Positions 37,616 to 42,172 of a stretch of DNA of 42,172 nucleotides are shown piece by piece; the first letter of the stretch is position 1, and each line of letters starts with the position of its first letter. The stretch spans positions 1 through 42,172 of the forward strand of contig JAAOYF010000015.1 in the NCBI GenBank assembly GCA_018221205.1, given 5' to 3'. This stretch comes from Candidatus Woesearchaeota archaeon (lineage in GTDB: Archaea; Nanobdellota; Nanobdellia; Woesearchaeales; WJIZ01). The notes under the pieces are model-generated. The model was not told where the DNA came from and did no database searches. It worked only from the letters and a program-made list of their open reading frames with translations. Made by a program: the position numbers and the translations under genes.

Positions 37616-37820
37616 GCGCAAGTAGTATAGGAGTTAGTATATGGGCTTCCCAGGAGATTTTTGCCCGCTCTCTGCGGTCGCTTAAAAATCTCGTAAAAAG
37701 CGTGGGTTTCGCTTTTGTAGGCAAAGCCTACAATCCTTTGAGCATAGCTCAAAGTTCGCTCAAGCCCACAGAAAATCTCGGAGAGAGCCTGAGACCCGGG
37801 TGCGAGTCCCGGCTTGCGCA
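37616..37820 (+). tRNA. tRNA-Gly(CCC) with a 133-nt intron at 37653-37785 (37/38)
   Basis: GCGCAAG/CTTGCGC acceptor and TGGGC-TT-CCC-A[intron]A-GCCTG. BHB with central helix UUCC/GGAG and intron helix GAGAUUUU/AAAAUCUC. Confidence 0.93.
37654..37779. repeat. Modular palindromic element, copy 2, forming the tRNA-Gly(CCC) intron
   Basis: 42 of 43 nt at 37654-37696 are identical to the copy 1 backbone. Carries its own double-hairpin insert at 37715-37754. Confidence 0.85.
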
Positions 37821-37855
37821 TAAATTTATAAAAATATATAAAGTTCTTCTCTATT

Positions 37856-38425
37856 ATGGCTTCACACACAGAAGAGATACAAGCAAGAAATCGACGTGAT
37901 ATGGAAGAAGCGCATCAGCAGGTTTTAGAGCGGACCATCACTGAGCCCGTTGTTCTGGTTGTTGAGCCCGGTAGTTCAGCGTATGTTTCAAATGGAGGAT
38001 ATGACAATACCATCAAACGCATGATAACACAATTTTTAGGACTTTCTAGACGAGCAGTCGATAGAGCCACCTTAGCATCTCGAGAAATCCAAGATGTCCT
38101 TGATACGTTTGAAGATGCAAAAGGGGTTTATGCTGTCAGTACGGATGAAGCAGTTTTACGTGCTATCAATACGAAGTATCCCGGCAGAGTGCAAACTCTT
38201 CAAAGGGATCTGAGCACTGATCCATTAGTATTGAATCCGAGGCCAGATATTGTTCTTTGTTATGATGCACTACAAGGAATGAAAAATCCTGCTCAAGGAC
38301 TAGAAGTTCTTTTGAGGACAGTCACTCGAGGCGGATTAGTCTCTACTGACACTGGTTTGCCTGTCTTTCTAGAGGGCAAGAGATTTTTTCCGATTGAGGG
38401 CTCATCTAATCTCTATACTTGTTAA
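37856..38425 (+). CDS. Hypothetical protein, possibly a degenerate class I methyltransferase fold
   Basis: 'VLVVEPGS', 'DIVLCYDAL' and 'LLRTVTRGGLV' resemble methyltransferase motifs. TTTATAAA upstream. Confidence 0.55.
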   Translation: MASHTEEIQARNRRDMEEAHQQVLERTITEPVVLVVEPGSSAYVSNGGYDNTIKRMITQFLGLSRRAVDRATLASREIQDVLDTFEDAKGVYAVSTDEAVLRAINTKYPGRVQTLQRDLSTDPLVLNPRPDIVLCYDALQGMKNPAQGLEVLLRTVTRGGLVSTDTGLPVFLEGKRFFPIEGSSNLYTC

Positions 38426-38462
38426 AAAGTTTTATAAACCGAATTCTCACTCTGGGAGTTAT

Positions 38463-38479
38463 GGCCCTGTAGCTCAGTG
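38463..38479 (+). pseudogene. Truncated tRNA 5' fragment behind a TATA-like box
   Basis: GGCCCTG-TA-GCTC-AGTG, then the similarity breaks off. TTTATAAA lies about 25 nt upstream. Confidence 0.6.
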
Positions 38480-38514
38480 TACTACTTTTATTCTGGATCT
38501 ATTTGATAAGAAAA

Positions 38515-38654
38515 TGCCCCCACGGAGATTTGAACTCCGGGCCTCCGGCTGGCCTAGAGAATTGCTGGAACATGCCCAGCAATTTCATATAAGACTTGCG
38601 CGTTAAGAGATAGCCTCTAGACACGGCGCTCTTACCAGCCTGAGCTATGGGGGC
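38515..38654 (-). tRNA. tRNA-Ile(UAU) with two introns: 28 nt at 29/30 (38596-38623) and 37 nt at 37/38 (38551-38587)
   Basis: Removing both introns gives a 75-nt cloverleaf with CCGGT-CT-TAT-AA-GCCGG. Intron 1 BHB: central GCGC/GCGC, outer AAGA/UCUU. Intron 2 BHB: central CUUA/UAGG. Confidence 0.9.
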
Positions 38655-39333
38655 GTAGTTTTTTAACCCTTGCCTCAAAATCGAGCTCGTCGATCCTCGG
38701 GCAGTATCCAAATCGTTTCCAATGTTCAAATTTGGATAGCTTATCTGGATGGTTAGAGCCGATGTGGTGCATGAACTTAAATAAGTTTTCCTTTCCATGG
38801 AGTTTGACAGAATCTTTGTAGTGGCTTATTTTAACCCGAAAACCGAGCGATTTGAATATAGATTCTAGTTGATTGACTAAGGCAGTACTATGCGTAGATA
38901 GTTCAATAATGGGGTAAAAACGCTTTTCTGAGTTGTTCTTGGTGAAATAGAGACATCCATCAGTGTCAAATATACCCCTTAGAACAGGCAACAATTGTTT
39001 TCTATGAGTAATTCTTTCATTGATTGAAATTTCTCCCTTCTTTCCGTAAGGAAATCCTAATTGGTTATGTAGAGAAATTGCAAATTCTTTATATTCGAAC
39101 ATAATAAATATACAATTTCCAATCTTTCTCGACCTAATACTGACTTTTCTTTCAATAATTCTCTCAATTAATGGCTTTAAGTATTCTTTATAGTATTGGT
39201 AATCTGTTATGGAATTTCCATCTATTCTAATAGCATAATGGGTTCTTCCACCTGATTCAAATCTAGATATGCAACCATCTCCTATAAGGATTCCATATAG
39301 TTCAAGCAGATCATCATTTATCTTTAGATTCAT
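38632..39333 (-). CDS. Free-standing double-motif LAGLIDADG homing endonuclease-like protein
   Basis: 'LLELYGILIGDG' and 'VLRGIFDTDG'. GGAGGTG RBS before ATG 39333. No flanking intein splicing motifs. AT-rich. Confidence 0.88.
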   Translation of the reverse strand: MNLKINDDLLELYGILIGDGCISRFESGGRTHYAIRIDGNSITDYQYYKEYLKPLIERIIERKVSIRSRKIGNCIFIMFEYKEFAISLHNQLGFPYGKKGEISINERITHRKQLLPVLRGIFDTDGCLYFTKNNSEKRFYPIIELSTHSTALVNQLESIFKSLGFRVKISHYKDSVKLHGKENLFKFMHHIGSNHPDKLSKFEHWKRFGYCPRIDELDFEARVKKLRPHSSGW

Positions 39334-39601
39334 GCTAGCACCTCCAAAGTTCTTGTTCTTTTGGACTTTGGATATCAAAAAGTGGATGTTCAGCGAAACT
39401 CCGTAATTGATTTTGGTACTGAAATCATTATTTGGGAGTTTTGCGTATTCTCTTTCTGATGGATTCTTTATATATGTTACATACATAAATAATGTCCAGT
39501 GCTGAATCCGGAAAAATTGCAAAAAGGGCCATTTTATAATTTATATATCCCTATTTCAGAAAGGTTTTAATAGTTCTGTGATATCTGTACTATCGGGGAA
39601 G

Positions 39602-40063
39602 ATGGTAGATTTAGACGAACTTCGCACCGATGTCATCAATATTCTCGAAGCTGCAGGATTTTCTGTGAGAAGAGATGAACTGATGCACGGCTATAAGGTG
39701 GATGTCGTAGCTGAGAAGGATTTGGTTGCGGTACAGAAGGATTTCAAGATTATCTGTGCATTTGTCCATGAGCAATCTGAATTGACGTTACGAGAACGTG
39801 TGAAAGAATTCAGGGAATTGAACAAGGAGCTGAAGGCAGACAAATGTATCATTGTCCTCGTCGGACTTGAGGCTTATGGAGAAGATAGGGGTATGGCGAA
39901 GAGACAGAATATCTTGATATGGGAGAAAGATAATATCAAGAATTATCTCAAATGCTTTTCAGAGAAAGATAAGGATGCCTGCAATCGATTGATGAGTGAT
40001 TTAGGATTGGAGAGCTATACTGATCCTAATCTGGATTATTCTTCTTCTTTTTATTGTGGATAG
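39602..40063 (+). CDS. PD-(D/E)XK restriction-endonuclease-like (Mrr-cat-like) protein
   Basis: 'V..IL...GFSV', 'VDVVAEK', 'ADKCIIV' and 'AK..NILIW'. The expected ExK is not evident. Confidence 0.6.
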   Translation: MVDLDELRTDVINILEAAGFSVRRDELMHGYKVDVVAEKDLVAVQKDFKIICAFVHEQSELTLRERVKEFRELNKELKADKCIIVLVGLEAYGEDRGMAKRQNILIWEKDNIKNYLKCFSEKDKDACNRLMSDLGLESYTDPNLDYSSSFYCG

Positions 40064-40101
40064 CAATCTTTTTAAAGCAGGTATTTATTCTCGGTGCATA
40101 C

Positions 40102-40176
40102 GCTCCCATGGTGTAGCCCGGTCAATCATTCTGGCTTTTCGAGCCAGTGACGTGGGTTCAAATCCCGCTGGGAGCA
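40102..40176 (+). tRNA. tRNA-Glu(UUC), intronless
   Basis: GCTCCCA/TGGGAGC acceptor, CTGGC-TT-TTC-GA-GCCAG and GTGGG-TTCAAAT-CCCGC. TTTTAAA box upstream. Confidence 0.96.
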
Positions 40177-40177
40177 T

Positions 40178-40684
40178 TTATAATTCTGGATAGAAAATTG
40201 CACCAACTAATGCACAACAATATCTCCCTTCACCTTTACCCTCGATACTCAAAGAAATAATATCGCCTAGATTCCATCCTAAGTCCTTTCTCCTTTCAAA
40301 TGCGTGTCTTACTGAATCTACTGCTTTGCGTTCTAAATCTTCAGATGAAGCATTGATTCCAGCATATTCCATGATTATTCCTGGCTTATCCCTCTCTTTG
40401 TTTAATCCGATTGCTATCGCGCCACTAACTAACCTATCCTTTGAAACAGATTCTTGATAAGCCATAGGCAACGCAACACCATTCTTAATTGAGTAATCAC
40501 AGTCTAGATTTATCTTCCACCTACCATTAGGCCCGACTGGTACAAAAGAAGTAAATTTAACGGCATTAAGAGCTTCTATACCTGCGTTTACTTCTGCATC
40601 GTCAAATGCATCCAGTTCATTTGTACCGTAACCGAGCGAAACAAAAGGATATACCGTGCCTTGAACTTGTGTCGGATCTAACAT
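40178..40684 (-). CDS. pdaD: Pyruvoyl-dependent arginine decarboxylase-like protein
   Basis: 'AFDDAEVNAGI..LNAVKFTSFVP' (T-S self-cleavage site), 'GIIMEY' and a C-terminal 'CALVGA'. Confidence 0.75.
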   Translation of the reverse strand: MLDPTQVQGTVYPFVSLGYGTNELDAFDDAEVNAGIEALNAVKFTSFVPVGPNGRWKINLDCDYSIKNGVALPMAYQESVSKDRLVSGAIAIGLNKERDKPGIIMEYAGINASSEDLERKAVDSVRHAFERRKDLGWNLGDIISLSIEGKGEGRYCCALVGAIFYPEL

Positions 40685-40740
40685 ATTACCACTAATGAGT
40701 GGAGATGTATTTCAATTATTAATAACTTTCTTGAATATTC

Positions 40741-40755
40741 TACGTTAATTACGTA
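40741..40755. promoter_or_regulatory. Candidate Lrp-type operator
   Basis: TACGT-TAATT-ACGTA inverted repeat between the divergent pdaD-like and Lrp genes, next to a TTATATATA box. Confidence 0.4.
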
Positions 40756-40788
40756 ATACTTATATATAGAATTACAATTCTAACGTAT

Positions 40789-41745
40789 ATGGACTTGAAA
40801 AACACAAAGATTTTGTTCGAGCTTTCCAGAAACTCAAGACAATCAGCCAATCAAATAGCCAAAAAAGTAGGGCTGTCAAGAGATGCTGTCATTTACCGTA
40901 TGAATAGTCTGGAAGAAAGCGGAATCATCAAGAAATATATGACTGTTATCAATTTAAACCAGATAGGTTACAGGACACACATCTTATTTCTTGAATTTAA
41001 GAAATTTGATATTAACATTGAGAAGGATATCATCCTCTATTTGAAGAATTTACCTTATTCAATATGGATCGCATCTCCAAGTGGAAAATGGGATATTGTA
41101 ATTGATGTAATCTCGAAAGACTCATATCAATTTAATGAGATCCTGATGCAATTGATGAATAGATTAGGAGATAATCTAAAAAATTATGATGTTCTGGAGA
41201 CGATCAAAGAATACTACTATAACTTCAAGTTTCTTACAGGAAGGGATTCTAAAAGAGCAAACAAAAGAACAGTCCCCTATGGGTTAGATGAAATTGATAT
41301 CAAGATACTCTCGGTTTTATCCCAAGAATCACGCATACCAAGCACTAAGATTGCAGATAAGTTGAAGATCTCACATGATCGAGTCTCTTATAGAATCAAG
41401 AAAATGCAGCAATCTGGACATATAGAGCAATTTATAATACAATTAGATTATAATCTCATCGACCTATCTTACTATTATTTATTGTTCCAATTCACAAAAC
41501 TGGATAAGAAAACCGAAACTTCTATTGTAGATTTCCTAAGATCACAGAGTGAAGTTTTATACATCGGAAAGAATGCCGGAAAATTTAATTTCAATGTCGA
41601 TGTAATTGTGAAGAACGCAATGGAATTGAAGCAATTTATCTTGAGGTTCAGGACACTTTTTGGAGATATCTTAGAATCAAGAGAGTCAATCCTCATGTTT
41701 GAGCAACATAAGAATGATTATTTTCCAAAGTGCCTACATCATTAG
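40789..41745 (+). CDS. Tandem-domain Lrp/AsnC transcriptional regulator
   Basis: Two HTH plus ligand-binding units: 'KILFELSRNSRQS...IAKKVGLS' and 'DIKILSVLSQESRIP...IA'. Confidence 0.9.
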   Translation: MDLKNTKILFELSRNSRQSANQIAKKVGLSRDAVIYRMNSLEESGIIKKYMTVINLNQIGYRTHILFLEFKKFDINIEKDIILYLKNLPYSIWIASPSGKWDIVIDVISKDSYQFNEILMQLMNRLGDNLKNYDVLETIKEYYYNFKFLTGRDSKRANKRTVPYGLDEIDIKILSVLSQESRIPSTKIADKLKISHDRVSYRIKKMQQSGHIEQFIIQLDYNLIDLSYYYLLFQFTKLDKKTETSIVDFLRSQSEVLYIGKNAGKFNFNVDVIVKNAMELKQFILRFRTLFGDILESRESILMFEQHKNDYFPKCLHH

Positions 41746-41765
41746 TGCAAATGTTATCTGTCCCA

Positions 41766-42041
41766 TCAATTCTTTACTGGAACTTTATGCATCTGTTCTC
41801 GAAGAACGATGAGTCTCCAGACTGCTAAGATGCTGAGGGTGATCACTACACCAAGCGCTAAATCAAACCAGTTGAACAGGAATAATTCTCTGTTCCACGC
41901 ATGGTCGACAACGCCGAATATGGCTGCGCCGAGAAATAACGTATTGAGCATTGAATGATCTTTAGTCCGTAACTTCGGAAATTTTTTCCTCAGAAAGAAA
42001 TGTATTATTGCAGCTGCTGTTGGAAATATGTAACACCCCAT
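41766..42041 (-). CDS. Small hypothetical membrane protein
   Basis: Three hydrophobic segments, 'GVVDHAWNREL' and a GGTGA RBS. Confidence 0.7.
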   Translation of the reverse strand: MGCYIFPTAAAIIHFFLRKKFPKLRTKDHSMLNTLFLGAAIFGVVDHAWNRELFLFNWFDLALGVVITLSILAVWRLIVLREQMHKVPVKN

Positions 42042-42156
42042 TTTTTATCACCTACACATTTCTTATTCTGTTGCTTTATATAGTTTATGGGACAGTGTTA
42101 ACTAATCGACAGATTAATAAATAAGTTCATCTCAAAAAAGAATGAGGTGAACTTTA

Positions 42157-42172
42157 ATGAAGATTTGTCCGC
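42157..42172 (+). CDS. Start of a gene running off the window (MKICP...)
   Basis: GAGGTGA RBS 6 nt before the ATG. Confidence 0.45.

Noticed and set aside
36788..37899. ORFs 36788-37135, 36918-37118, 37507-37899 and 37612-37869, two of which share 'EIFARSLRS'
   Set aside because: They overlap tRNA genes, and the shared peptide simply reflects the DNA repeat.
38499..38798. 99-aa minus-strand ORF, and the plus-strand ORF 38394-38606
   Set aside because: Both run through tRNA-Ile, and the minus-strand ORF also overlaps the endonuclease in another frame.
39334..39522. Upstream in-frame extension of the LAGLIDADG ORF, or an intein
   Set aside because: A strong RBS precedes ATG 39333, and no intein N- or C-terminal motifs or host exteins are present.
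38480..39531. A giant intron joining the 38463 tRNA stub to AGGGCCA at 39525
   Set aside because: No anticodon arm, proper T arm or BHB could be built. Kept only as weak support for an insertion scar.
38400..41750. Integrated virus or plasmid at the tRNA cluster
   Set aside because: No integrase, replication or virion genes are seen, and there is no duplicated tRNA 3' end (att site).

Overview
Archaeal chromosomal window. Evidence: eIF2-alpha, Nop10, PAC2, eL42/L44e, eS27, uL16/L10e, GINS, thermosome, prefoldin, BHB-intron tRNAs and TATA promoters. Gene content and protein style suggest a DPANN (Woesearchaeota-like) lineage, which is an inference. Most of the window is housekeeping and fermentative metabolism: enolase, iPGM, ROK kinase, PRPP synthetase, a class III ribonucleotide reductase whose glycyl-radical domain is a separate gene, and a group 3b [NiFe]-hydrogenase operon with maturation factors. 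There is also a surface-protein operon. The most unusual region is the tRNA cluster at about 36.7-40.2 kb. (1) It holds five tRNAs carrying five introns, including a rare tRNA-Ile(UAU) with two BHB introns. (2) A free-standing double-motif LAGLIDADG endonuclease has its stop codon inside that tRNA. (3) A truncated tRNA stub keeps a TATA-like promoter. (4) A small modular palindromic element occurs once just downstream of tRNA-Val and once as the intron of tRNA-Gly(CCC), and each copy carries different nested double-hairpin insertions. All calls come from reading the sequence by eye; no searches were run.
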